Shown here piece after piece: positions 1-9,288 of a stretch of 64,000 bases of DNA. Position numbers and translations under genes: made by a program. The notes beneath the pieces were generated by a model that was not told the DNA's origin, did not search any database, and saw only the letters and a list, made by a program, of their open reading frames with translations. Where the stretch lies: NCBI GenBank assembly GCA_013334765.1, contig JAAXWW010000001.1, forward strand, positions 236,589-300,588, read 5' to 3'. Position 1 is the first letter of the stretch, and every line of letters starts with the position of its first letter. The stretch is from Candidatus Moraniibacteriota bacterium (GTDB lineage Bacteria > Patescibacteriota > Minisyncoccia > Moranbacterales > UBA2206).

Positions 1-370
1 TGATAAAGGAAACTGATTTGTATATGGAATAGAAGGTTATCGCGAAGCCGATGCTCAGAATGATGTCGGAAGCCTTGATGCCTAGATATTGCCTGAAAGC
101 GAATGTGAGCATGGCGAGGACTCCGAGATCGACCAGGGCGTTCATGATGCCGGTCACGAAGAACTTCGCGAACTGCCAAAGGAAAACCAATCTCTTGCTG
201 AGGAGATGCGCGACATACAGTCCGAACGGCGTGCCGATAATGAAAAAAGGTACTAGCCAGATATTGATTGTTTCATAAAGATCCGGTTTCGCGGCTTTCA
301 GGACCGGCATGGCGAGAAGACCGATGATGGCTCCGGCAACCGTGCTGAAGGCGGTATCTTTCTTTGTCAT
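1..370 (-). CDS. GtrA-family membrane protein (5' part; gene continues beyond window start)
   Basis: Reverse complement of 351-370 is ATGACAAAGAAAGATACCGC (MTKKDTA...). Translation continues ...FAKFFVTGIMNALVDLGVLAML..., a GtrA-like signature (PF04138-like). Not in the ORF track because the stop lies outside the window. Confidence 0.5.
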   Translation of the reverse strand, partial: MTKKDTAFSTVAGAIIGLLAMPVLKAAKPDLYETINIWLVPFFIIGTPFGLYVAHLLSKRLVFLWQFAKFFVTGIMNALVDLGVLAMLTFAFRQYLGIKASDIILSIGFAITFYSIYKSVSFI

Positions 371-455
371 TACGACAGCCGCAGGCTGCGTTCCAGTCTG
401 TTCCATATATGTTTTTTGTTTTTTTTCGAGGCTTGTTATTGTGCCTCGGGTTTGC

Positions 456-1220
456 TTATAGTTCCTTGTCCTGGTTATTTTCTCCCAGCTCTTTCTTGAG
501 TTCCTCAAGATCAGGAGTCCACTCGTCGATAATGGACATGTTATCCTTTTCTTGTTCTGATATCCCATCGCTGGTTGAAACCGGTCCTATTTCCGTCGGA
601 TCGTTTTTCTTTTGGCTGTCGCTCAGGATATCGTCGATATCCCTGGGCTGTTCCGGTTTTGCGAATGGCTTTTGCGAATCGCTGAAACTTCTTTGCAATA
701 CGTTCTCGATAGCTCCCCAATCGGAATCTATGTCGCGAGGAACCACCAAAGTCACCTCGTCTCCGGGTTCCACTTTGAAATAGGTTATGGAAGCTAGCAG
801 CACTTTATATGCCCGTCCTTCGGCGGCTATGAAATAGTTTCCGCCGGCGTCCTGGTTGGCTGTCCCGATGAGGATCCTTCTGGCGGCCGGGCTTATCTGC
901 TTATAGATGAATGACCCGTCTTCCGTTATGGTGAGCTTGAGCATATCGCCCTCGACCAGTTTGGATTTCGACGCGTAGTTGGCCGGAACGGGATATTGTT
1001 TGCCGTCGCTCCCTAGCATTATCTGACCGTCGAAGGTCCCTTCGACTATCCGGCCTCCGTTCTCGTCGTCTTCGGTTTTCTTTTTCCTGCCGACTTTCTT
1101 CTTTCCTTCAAGCTGCAAGAGCATCGCTTTTGCCCCCTGAAGAGTCTTTTCGGCGTTATAGATCATTTCCCTAAGTGCTTTGATTTTCTTTTCACTTTGG
1201 TTGTTGTTTTGCTCGTCCAT
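456..1220 (-). CDS. hypothetical protein (254 aa), acidic C-terminus
   Basis: Long ORF with a GGAG Shine-Dalgarno 8 nt upstream of the ATG (RC of 1221-1241). No recognised domain. Confidence 0.5.
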   Translation of the reverse strand: MDEQNNNQSEKKIKALREMIYNAEKTLQGAKAMLLQLEGKKKVGRKKKTEDDENGGRIVEGTFDGQIMLGSDGKQYPVPANYASKSKLVEGDMLKLTITEDGSFIYKQISPAARRILIGTANQDAGGNYFIAAEGRAYKVLLASITYFKVEPGDEVTLVVPRDIDSDWGAIENVLQRSFSDSQKPFAKPEQPRDIDDILSDSQKKNDPTEIGPVSTSDGISEQEKDNMSIIDEWTPDLEELKKELGENNQDKEL

Positions 1221-1465
1221 CTTTGTTTCTCCAAAAGCGAATTTTGGAATATTTAGCGAATTGTGTGTTTATTTTTGAGAGTTTTTCCTCTTCAATTGAA
1301 TTATACAATTGATTCAATTGATAGGCAAGCCTCACGTTGCAATCCGTAATCATAATACGAGCAAGTATCGCGATCCGGTTCATTTGTTGAGAAGTTGTTG
1401 ATAACTTTTTGCTGGGTGGCTTATTAGAGCCACATGTCTTGGAATATTTCTGGGGTTGCCTGGTG

Positions 1466-1494
1466 TTGACCTTTGTATCCTGGTGGTTTAGAAT
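1466..1494 (+). promoter_or_regulatory. sigma70-like promoter for mraZ operon (TTGACC-17-TAGAAT)
   Basis: TTGACC 1466-1471, 17-nt spacer, TAGAAT 1489-1494, about 70 nt upstream of mraZ. Confidence 0.35.
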
Positions 1495-1562
1495 AGATTT
1501 ATGTTACACAGAAGTGGAGATTAGTGGGGAATAAGCAGAAAGTAATCCATCAAGAACGCGCA

Positions 1563-1997
1563 ATGTTCATCGGAGAATACCAGCATTCGATAGATCCTAA
1601 GAAAAGATTGGCAGTGCCGATAAAATTCCGCGCGGAGCTGGAGAACAAAGTCGTGGTGACGAGGGGGTTGGACAAATGCCTTTTCATCTATCCGGTCAGG
1701 GTTTGGAACGAATTGGCGGATAAGCTGGGAGCGCTTCCGATGGGGGAGTCGGCAACGAGAAGCTTTATCCGTCTCATGCTCTCAGGAGCGATCGATGTGG
1801 AAGTCGATAAACAAGGCAGGATACTTATTCCTGACTATCTGAAAGAATATGCCGGATTAGATAAGAATGTCGTGATTGCTGGAATATATAACCGGTTGGA
1901 AATCTGGGATGAAGGAAAATGGAACGAATACAAAGTGGATGCCGAAAAGAACAGCGATGAAATAGCTGAGCAGTTAGGGAAGCTGGGGGTTTATTAA
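1563..1997 (+). CDS. mraZ: transcriptional regulator MraZ
   Basis: MFIGEYQHSIDPKKRLAVP... is a typical MraZ N-terminus. The ORF track starts at GTG 1524; ATG 1563 matches the family start better. First gene of the dcw cluster. Confidence 0.85.
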   Translation: MFIGEYQHSIDPKKRLAVPIKFRAELENKVVVTRGLDKCLFIYPVRVWNELADKLGALPMGESATRSFIRLMLSGAIDVEVDKQGRILIPDYLKEYAGLDKNVVIAGIYNRLEIWDEGKWNEYKVDAEKNSDEIAEQLGKLGVY

Positions 1998-2010
1998 AAA
2001 TTGCATACTT

Positions 2011-3057
2011 ATGACCGTCCATATTTCCGTATTGCCGGAAGAGAGCATTGAAAATCTGAATATCAAAGAGGGTTCTGTCGTGGTCGACGCGACGCTGGGC
2101 GGCGGAGGACATTCGCTTTCCATATTGGAAAAAATAGGTGACAAAGGAAAGCTGATCGCGATCGATGTCGATGAGGATGCTATAGGCAAGTTCAAGTCAG
2201 AACTTGAAAATAAGAAAATAGAAGCTGAAGGGAGAGTTTTTCTGATAAGGGATAATTTCAAGAATATCGGGAGTATTTTGGATAGTTTGAAGATAGGGAA
2301 AGTCGACGCTATTCTGGCGGATCTCGGATATTCGTCCGATCAGTTGGAAAACGCTCAAAGGGGAATGAGCTTTCTGTCTGACGCGCCTCTGGATATGCGT
2401 CTTGATCGGGATAATGGACTCAGCGCTGAAAAGGTCGTCAATGAATATTCGGAGGCTGAGTTGGAAAGGGTTTTTCGTGAATACGGCGAAGAGAAATTTT
2501 CCAGGCGCATCGCCAAGGGCATATTGGAAGCGCGGAAAAAGAAAAGGATCGGGACAACCCTGGAGTTGGCCGGGATCATTGAAAAGAATGTTCCGTCCGC
2601 GTATGCTCATGGGCACATCCACCCAGCCACGAGAGTTTTTCAGGCCATACGCATCGAAGTCAATAATGAATTGGAAAATCTGAAGATATTTTTGGATAGT
2701 GCGATAGGAAGGCTCAATGAGGGCGGAAGGATCGGAGTGATCTCTTTCCATTCCCTTGAGGATAGGATCATCAAGGAAGGCTTCAAGGAAAATGCGGGGG
2801 GATGCATTTGTCCGGATTCAGTCCTTTTGGAGGGATTGCAGAAGGAATACCTTTCGGCCGTCGAGCAGAATGATCCGTCTGCTGAGCGTCTCGAGAAGGA
2901 TCTCAGGAAAGGCTTCGCGGATTCATCTCATTGCGTGTGCGGGAGAGTCCGGAAAATAAAGATAATCACGAAAAAGCCTATCGTTCCGGGAGAGGATGAA
3001 ACCAGGAAGAATCCCAGATCGAGAAGCGCGAAACTGAGAGTAGCAGAGAAAATATAA
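2011..3057 (+). CDS. rsmH: 16S rRNA (cytosine1402-N4)-methyltransferase RsmH/MraW
   Basis: VDATLGGGGHS, SFHSLEDRI and a C-terminal ...NPRSRSAKLRVAEKI. The CxCP...CxCG pair is present with an unusual ~35-aa insert between the two Cys pairs. Confidence 0.9.
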   Translation: MTVHISVLPEESIENLNIKEGSVVVDATLGGGGHSLSILEKIGDKGKLIAIDVDEDAIGKFKSELENKKIEAEGRVFLIRDNFKNIGSILDSLKIGKVDAILADLGYSSDQLENAQRGMSFLSDAPLDMRLDRDNGLSAEKVVNEYSEAELERVFREYGEEKFSRRIAKGILEARKKKRIGTTLELAGIIEKNVPSAYAHGHIHPATRVFQAIRIEVNNELENLKIFLDSAIGRLNEGGRIGVISFHSLEDRIIKEGFKENAGGCICPDSVLLEGLQKEYLSAVEQNDPSAERLEKDLRKGFADSSHCVCGRVRKIKIITKKPIVPGEDETRKNPRSRSAKLRVAEKI

Positions 3058-3086
3058 ATTTATTCAAGCGGGGGGGCGATAAGTCG

Positions 3087-3530
3087 ATGTCGAAGGTATT
3101 GGTCATAAACTATAGGGGATCCGGAGATTATCTTGGATATGCCAGGATGAAGGCGGCGAAAAAAAGCGAAAACTGCTTCTGCTCTTTGCTTGCGGGTTCC
3201 AGCCAGAAGAAAGAGGCGAAAAAGTCTTCAGGAGAGAAAGGGGGTGCTAAGATAAGCCTGCTCGGTGCCGGTTCTTTCATGCTGGTGTTCGTTGCCTGCA
3301 CGGCTGCTTTCTATCTGTTCCAAGTGAACGAATTGGCCAACAAGGGATATGAAATAAGGGATTTGGAAAAGAATATCCAGATGCTTGAAAAAGAAAACAA
3401 GAGCATGCAGATAAGGGAGGTGGAACTTACGTCGATGTATTCGATCGAAAAAGCTACTGAAAATCTGGGCCTGGTGAATTCGACCGCGGCTTCCTATGTG
3501 GCTATGAGCGCAACGGTAGCGATGAAATAA
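3087..3530 (+). CDS. FtsL-like cell-division protein (single TM plus coiled coil)
   Basis: Position between rsmH and ftsI; TM helix (LLGAGSFMLVFVACTAAFYLF) followed by a coiled coil. Confidence 0.45.
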   Translation: MSKVLVINYRGSGDYLGYARMKAAKKSENCFCSLLAGSSQKKEAKKSSGEKGGAKISLLGAGSFMLVFVACTAAFYLFQVNELANKGYEIRDLEKNIQMLEKENKSMQIREVELTSMYSIEKATENLGLVNSTAASYVAMSATVAMK

Positions 3531-3548
3531 AAACATATTCTTACTGAT

Positions 3549-5465
3549 ATGGGCAAGGATTCGAAAAGGAAATCCGGGAAAAAGTCGGAGTCTTTCGGAA
3601 GGCCGAAAGCGTCTCCGTCCAATCGAAGGATCCGCATCCTGGCCCTCTTTGTTTTTTTTGCCGCTGTTTCGATATGCTTGAAGCTTTATTTCCTTCAAGT
3701 GAAAGCATACGGGTATTATAGCGAGCTTGCGGACAACCAGCATTCCGTTCTCAAGAACCTTTTTCCCAAAAGGGGGGAGATTTTCCTGAAAGACCATGAC
3801 GGGTTGCGTCCGGTCGCGGTGAACAAGGAAACCAAGATGGCATATGCCATCCCGAGAGAGATCGAGGATCCCAGGGGTGTCGCCGCGCCGCTGTCTTCAG
3901 CTCTCGGGCTTGATAGGAACGATTTGGAAGAAAGGCTGTCTCGGCCTGATGACATGTATGAACCGCTGAAGCACAGGCTGAGCGATGAGGAAATAGCGGC
4001 GGTCAATGATTTGAAGCTTCCCGGCATCCATTTGGCGGACGAGTCATACCGCTATTATCCGGCCAGCGAACTGGCTGCCCATGTCCTGGGCTTTGTCGGC
4101 TGGAAAGACAATCAGCTTGGAGGAAGATATGGCGCGGAACTTTCTTTCGAAGACCGCCTCCGCGGCGAAGCGGGGCATCTTGTTCAGAAGGGTGATAATT
4201 CCGGAGGCTGGATCGCGACAAAAAACAAGGATGTGACCAGCGCCAAGGATGGGGATAATCTCGTCCTCACTATCGATGACATCATCCAATATGAGACGGA
4301 GAAGATATTGAAAGCCTCGGTTGAGAAATTCGAAGCTGATCGCGGAACCATAATCGTCATGGATCCGCCGACCGGCAAGATACTGGCCATGGCCAATTAT
4401 CCGACGTTCAACCCGAACGAATACGGAAAAACGGAAGACATGGATGCTTTCCGCAATCTGGCGATAAGCGATGCCTATGAGCCGGGGAGCATTTTCAAGG
4501 CCTTCACGCTGGCAGCGGCGCTGGATGACGGAAAGATAAGCCCGGACACCACATATACTGACACCGGAACGGTCAATGAAGCGGGATACGCGATCAAGAA
4601 TTCTGATTTCAAGGCTAACGGAGTCCAGACCATGACGCAGGTTTTGGAAAAATCGCTCAATACGGGAGTCATCTTCGCGGAAAAACTGGTTGGGAACAAG
4701 GATTTCGCCGATTATGTCAGAAGGTTCGGATTCGGAGCGGAGACCGATGTCGACCTTTTCGGAGAGGCGGAGGGCAATATCAACAACCTGAAGGATTTGA
4801 AAAGCAATATCCAATTCTTCACTTCAGCCTTCGGTCAGGGGATTACGGCGACGCCGATCCAGCTGGCGGCCGCATACAACGCCATTGCCAACGGCGGAGT
4901 GCTCGTGAAGCCGCAGATAGTCGACAGGTTCATCCATCCGGACGGGAGCGAAGAGACTGTTCCTGCTCAAGAAGTGAGAAGGGTCATTTCACAGCAAGCC
5001 GATGCCGAAATCGCGCAGATGCTTCGCTCGGTGGTGACCGATGGGCATGGCAAAAGGGCCGATGTGCCAGGATACCTGGTTGGCGGAAAGACTGGAACGG
5101 CTCAGGTCGCGAGCAATGATTCCAAGGGATACGCGGATGGCAAGAGTATCGGTTCATTCGCTGGCTTTGCGCCCATCAACAATCCGAAATATACTGTCTT
5201 GGTGCGCTTGGATGATCCGAAGAATGTCGAGTGGGCGGAATCGAGCGCGGCGCCTACTTTCGGTGAGCTTATGGCGTTTCTTCTGAAATACGGACGGGTT
5301 GAGCCGACCGAGAGCTATACTCAGAAGAATCTGGATGATTTCAACGCGACGCACACGCTCAAGGATTATTTCGCTGACAAAGAGAAAGAGGAAGACAAGA
5401 AGAATACGGATGGGCAGGATAACAATTCCAGCTCTTCGGATTCCGCTGCCGCGGATAAGAGATAG
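3549..5465 (+). CDS. ftsI: peptidoglycan D,D-transpeptidase FtsI / PBP2-class penicillin-binding protein
   Basis: N-terminal TM, SxxK (GSIFKAF), SxN and KTG(T) (GGKTGTAQV) motifs; dcw context. Confidence 0.85.
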   Translation: MGKDSKRKSGKKSESFGRPKASPSNRRIRILALFVFFAAVSICLKLYFLQVKAYGYYSELADNQHSVLKNLFPKRGEIFLKDHDGLRPVAVNKETKMAYAIPREIEDPRGVAAPLSSALGLDRNDLEERLSRPDDMYEPLKHRLSDEEIAAVNDLKLPGIHLADESYRYYPASELAAHVLGFVGWKDNQLGGRYGAELSFEDRLRGEAGHLVQKGDNSGGWIATKNKDVTSAKDGDNLVLTIDDIIQYETEKILKASVEKFEADRGTIIVMDPPTGKILAMANYPTFNPNEYGKTEDMDAFRNLAISDAYEPGSIFKAFTLAAALDDGKISPDTTYTDTGTVNEAGYAIKNSDFKANGVQTMTQVLEKSLNTGVIFAEKLVGNKDFADYVRRFGFGAETDVDLFGEAEGNINNLKDLKSNIQFFTSAFGQGITATPIQLAAAYNAIANGGVLVKPQIVDRFIHPDGSEETVPAQEVRRVISQQADAEIAQMLRSVVTDGHGKRADVPGYLVGGKTGTAQVASNDSKGYADGKSIGSFAGFAPINNPKYTVLVRLDDPKNVEWAESSAAPTFGELMAFLLKYGRVEPTESYTQKNLDDFNATHTLKDYFADKEKEEDKKNTDGQDNNSSSSDSAAADKR

Positions 5466-5553
5466 ATGCTATGATGATAATATGCGGGCGTTCATGTTCG
5501 CCTCACTCGTTCAGTTGTCATATGCAAATGCATAAGTCATAAAGATACAGGAT

Positions 5554-6903
5554 ATGCCGGAAGAAAAATCGAAAAAGAAAATCATGCTGGAACGGATCCT
5601 CCGATTCATGGCTTCTCAGATAGTCAAGAAATACAATCCTCGGATCGTCGCGATAACCGGTTCGGTCGGGAAGACTTCAACGAAAGAAGCTGTTTTCTCC
5701 GTTCTTTCCCCGCACTTCCGCGTCAGGAAGAATGAGAAGAATTATAACAATGAAATCGGGCTGCCTTTGACCGTCATCGGTTCTGAAACGGGCGGAAAAT
5801 CGCTTTTGAAATGGATGGGCGTCTTCTTGAAATGGGCGCTGATCATGCTTTGGCCGGTGGAATATCCGGAGATATTGGTTTTGGAAATGGGGGCTGACAG
5901 GAAAGGGGATATCGCCTATCTGACAGGATTCATGAAGCCGGCCATCTCTGTTTTGACGGAAGTGTCCGCCAGCCATCTGGAGCATTTCAAGACTATCGGC
6001 GCGGTTCTCAAGGAGAAGGCGACTATACTCAAAGCCCTCGAAGAAAAGGATCTGGCTATTCTCAACGCGGACAACGTTCAGATCGCGAAGATCCTTTCCA
6101 AGCCCAAGCAGTACGGGATAAGATCGAACATATTGTCATATGGTTTTTCTGATCAGGCCGATGTGAAGGCTGCCGATGTTTTTTATGGATATTCGGATAT
6201 GGAAAAAGAAGGCGATATGGCAAGCAATGATATGCGAGGGCTCAGTTTCAAGCTGACATACAAGGGAACCACTCTGCCGGTGAGGCTTAACAATATCCTG
6301 GCAAAGCATAATATATATGCTGCCATGGCCGGGATTTCAGTCGGTCTGGGCTTCGAACTCAATCTTGTCGATATCGCTGCCAGCCTTGAGAATTTCTCCT
6401 TGCCGCCGGGGCGGATGAGCCTTATCGCTGGCATGAAAGAATCGCATATCATAGACGATACATATAATGCTTCGGTGGTGTCGACCAAAGCAGCGCTAGA
6501 CGTTTTAGGCGAGATGGGCGGCGCGAGAAAGATCGCGGTGCTTGGCGATATGCTGGAGCTGGGCACGGAAACCGAAGCTGGCCACGCGGAAGTAGCTGAT
6601 AAGTTCTTGGAAATCAAAGGGGATATCTTCATCGGAGTCGGAACCAGGATGCTGTTCGCGGTTGAAGAACTGAAAAAAAGAAAATTCAAGGAGGGCAATC
6701 TCTATCATTTCCGAAGCCCGATGGAGGCGGCTGCGAAACTGGAAGAAATCATCGGGAAAGGGGACATTGTCCTTGTGAAAGGCTCTCAGGGGCTTCGCAT
6801 GGAGAAAGTGGTTGAGGAAGCGATGCTTGAGCCGTATAAAGCCAAGGATCTTCTTTGCCGCCAGAACAAGGCCTGGAAAAATGAGCCCTGGAGCGCGGTT
6901 TGA
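5554..6903 (+). CDS. murF: UDP-N-acetylmuramoyl-tripeptide--D-alanyl-D-alanine ligase (Mur ligase family, MurF-like)
   Basis: Mur-ligase P-loop IVAITGSVGKTSTKE; length and domain order fit MurF. Confidence 0.75.
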   Translation: MPEEKSKKKIMLERILRFMASQIVKKYNPRIVAITGSVGKTSTKEAVFSVLSPHFRVRKNEKNYNNEIGLPLTVIGSETGGKSLLKWMGVFLKWALIMLWPVEYPEILVLEMGADRKGDIAYLTGFMKPAISVLTEVSASHLEHFKTIGAVLKEKATILKALEEKDLAILNADNVQIAKILSKPKQYGIRSNILSYGFSDQADVKAADVFYGYSDMEKEGDMASNDMRGLSFKLTYKGTTLPVRLNNILAKHNIYAAMAGISVGLGFELNLVDIAASLENFSLPPGRMSLIAGMKESHIIDDTYNASVVSTKAALDVLGEMGGARKIAVLGDMLELGTETEAGHAEVADKFLEIKGDIFIGVGTRMLFAVEELKKRKFKEGNLYHFRSPMEAAAKLEEIIGKGDIVLVKGSQGLRMEKVVEEAMLEPYKAKDLLCRQNKAWKNEPWSAV

Positions 6904-7022
6904 TGGATATTATGCAAATAGAGCATTTTAGGCGTGTTTTATATGTTTACTTTTTCCCTCCCCAACGCTATACTTCTAGATAGGCTGGTATTTTCCAGGC
7001 CTAATTCTTAATACATAAAACC

Positions 7023-7625
7023 ATGACTGCTATTTTGGAAAGCCTGTTCGGTTCGAAAGAGAGAGCGCGGCTTATCAGGTTTTTCCTGCAAAATCCCGAT
7101 TGCGCGTATGATTATTTGGAAGTTTCCAGGAGGAATATGCTTAAAGGCCCGAAACTGAAGAGGGAGATCGAAAACCTGTCCAAGATGAAGTTCATTTTGA
7201 AGCGTTCAAATAAGGGAAAGCCGGTTTATCAGCTCAACCAGAGTTTCGAATTCTATCCGGAACTCAAGAGCTTGGTCGCGAAATCCAACGTTTCTCCTCA
7301 TTGCCTGAGCCTCAACAGGATTCCCAAGATAGGCAATATCAAGCTCGCCATGGTAAGCGGTGTTTTCATAAACTATTCCAAGAGCAAGGCCGACATGATC
7401 ATCGTCGGGGAAGCTGTCAGCAAAGCCCGGCTCAATTCGCTCATGAAATCGCTTGAGGCGGAAATCGGAAAAGAGATCACTTTTGTCCTCATGAGCCTTG
7501 AGGAATTCAAATACCGCCTCAACATGCTGGACAAGTTCGTCTTGGAGTTTCTTGAAGGACCGAATGAGGAGATAATAAACAAGATAACCGGGCTCAAGCA
7601 GTTCATCGCTAAGCGGAAGATGTAA
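7023..7625 (+). CDS. hypothetical protein (200 aa), possible wHTH N-terminus
   Basis: ORF only; no Shine-Dalgarno seen. Confidence 0.4.
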   Translation: MTAILESLFGSKERARLIRFFLQNPDCAYDYLEVSRRNMLKGPKLKREIENLSKMKFILKRSNKGKPVYQLNQSFEFYPELKSLVAKSNVSPHCLSLNRIPKIGNIKLAMVSGVFINYSKSKADMIIVGEAVSKARLNSLMKSLEAEIGKEITFVLMSLEEFKYRLNMLDKFVLEFLEGPNEEIINKITGLKQFIAKRKM

Positions 7626-7639
7626 TCCTCGATATTTTT

Positions 7640-8728
7640 ATGCTATATATTTTTTTCGGTCTGATTCTTGTTGTTGCCGCTCTTTTGCTGTGGATGGTCA
7701 TCGATCTTCGCAAGAGGCTTGAAACAGGGAAAGACGGTGAGAAAATGGCAGTCGTTCTCGAGAGGCTGGAGCGCCTGTCTTGGGACAACAAGGAACTGCG
7801 CAAATCGGTGGATGTGAAACTCTCAGAAACTCATCGTGCGACTCAGGAGAATTCAAGCAGCATCATGCGCACCGTTCAGGGGATTACCGGGCAATCAGCC
7901 AAGCAGATCGCGGACGTGGTGGCCGGGCTCACCAAGCTTGAAGAAACCAACAAGCAGGTGATCAACTTTTCGGCTCAATTGCAGAACCTGCAGGACATAT
8001 TGAAGAATCCGAAACAAAGAGGTGTCCTGGGCGAGTATTTCCTTGAGGAAACATTGAAGAACGTCCTTCCTCCGAATTCCTATCAGATGCAATACAAGTT
8101 CAAAGACGGAACCATTGTCGATGCCGTCGTTTTCGTGCAGGAAAAAGTGGTGCCGATCGATTCCAAGTTCTCTTTGGAAAACTATGAAAGGATATTGAAT
8201 TCGCGCGAAGCGGAAGAGCGCGAGAAATTAGAAAAAAGTTTCAAGCAGGATCTTAAGAACCGTATCGATGAAACTTCGAAATATATAAAGCCGTCCGAGG
8301 GGACGATGGATTTCGCTTTCATGTTCATTCCGTCAGAAGCCATATATTATGATCTTCTGGTCAATAAGGTCGGTGCGGTTCAGGTGAACACGCGGGACCT
8401 TATCGAGTATGCTTTTTGCGAGAAGAAAGTCATCATAGTCTCCCCGACTTCTTTCCTGGCCTATCTTCAGACGGTCCTTCAGGGGCTGCGCGCCCTTCAG
8501 ATCGAGGAATCGGCCAAGCAGATAAGGATTGACGTGGAAAAACTCAAGAAGCACGTCATGTCATATAGCGATCTGATGAAGAAGATGGGCGGAAGCCTTT
8601 CTACCACCGTGAGCCACTATAACAATACCTTCAAGGAGCTCGGCAAGATCGACAAGGATGTCGCCAAGATATCGGAAGGAGAGAGGACAGTCGAAACGCT
8701 ATCGATAGAGAAGCCGTCTTTGGATTAG
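7640..8728 (+). CDS. rmuC: DNA recombination protein RmuC
   Basis: N-terminal TM, long coiled coil, and the FAFMFIPSEAIYYDLL RmuC core. Confidence 0.8.
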   Translation: MLYIFFGLILVVAALLLWMVIDLRKRLETGKDGEKMAVVLERLERLSWDNKELRKSVDVKLSETHRATQENSSSIMRTVQGITGQSAKQIADVVAGLTKLEETNKQVINFSAQLQNLQDILKNPKQRGVLGEYFLEETLKNVLPPNSYQMQYKFKDGTIVDAVVFVQEKVVPIDSKFSLENYERILNSREAEEREKLEKSFKQDLKNRIDETSKYIKPSEGTMDFAFMFIPSEAIYYDLLVNKVGAVQVNTRDLIEYAFCEKKVIIVSPTSFLAYLQTVLQGLRALQIEESAKQIRIDVEKLKKHVMSYSDLMKKMGGSLSTTVSHYNNTFKELGKIDKDVAKISEGERTVETLSIEKPSLD

Positions 8729-8818
8729 AGACGGATTTACTCTTATCCATGTCTGATTTGATATGGCAATCGGCTAGCATAGGCAGACGCGCGCGATTTA
8801 TATGTAAAAACACCGAAT

Positions 8819-9232
8819 ATGTTTTCCGGCATTCCATTCAAGAATTTGAATCCCTTGGGCTTTTTCACTAAGATAAAGCTTTTTTTCAAAGAAGAATATT
8901 TCAAGAGCCCCGTTGCCAAATGGCTCGTCATTTCGGGACTGGTCGCGAATCTGGCCGATTGGCTGGCGCTGCGCCTCTTTTTGCGCCCAGTGACCGATAC
9001 GGTCATCATCCACTACAACGTATATTTCGGAGTCGATATGATCGGAGATCCGGATCAGGCCTATTGGCTGCCGACTATCGGGCTTATCCTGTTTTCGATA
9101 AACTTCTTGTTTTCTATATATTTTTATGCTAAGAAGGAAAGAATCGCGACGCATATCCTGCTTATGGCAAGCCTCATGATACAACTGAGCCTCATGGTCG
9201 CGATAGCTAGCGTTATCATAATAAACTATTAG
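8819..9232 (+). CDS. hypothetical integral membrane protein (137 aa)
   Basis: Three to four predicted TM helices; no RBS. Confidence 0.35.
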   Translation: MFSGIPFKNLNPLGFFTKIKLFFKEEYFKSPVAKWLVISGLVANLADWLALRLFLRPVTDTVIIHYNVYFGVDMIGDPDQAYWLPTIGLILFSINFLFSIYFYAKKERIATHILLMASLMIQLSLMVAIASVIIINY

Positions 9233-9288
9233 CCTTATGGCTTATCTGCGGGTTTTTTAAAGCCGCGTAAGCCCGGAATACTGCCAGT

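Noticed and set aside
1524-1562. GTG start for mraZ as listed in the ORF track
   Set aside because: ATG 1563 gives the canonical MraZ N-terminus MFIGEY; the 13-codon extension has no counterpart in MraZ proteins.
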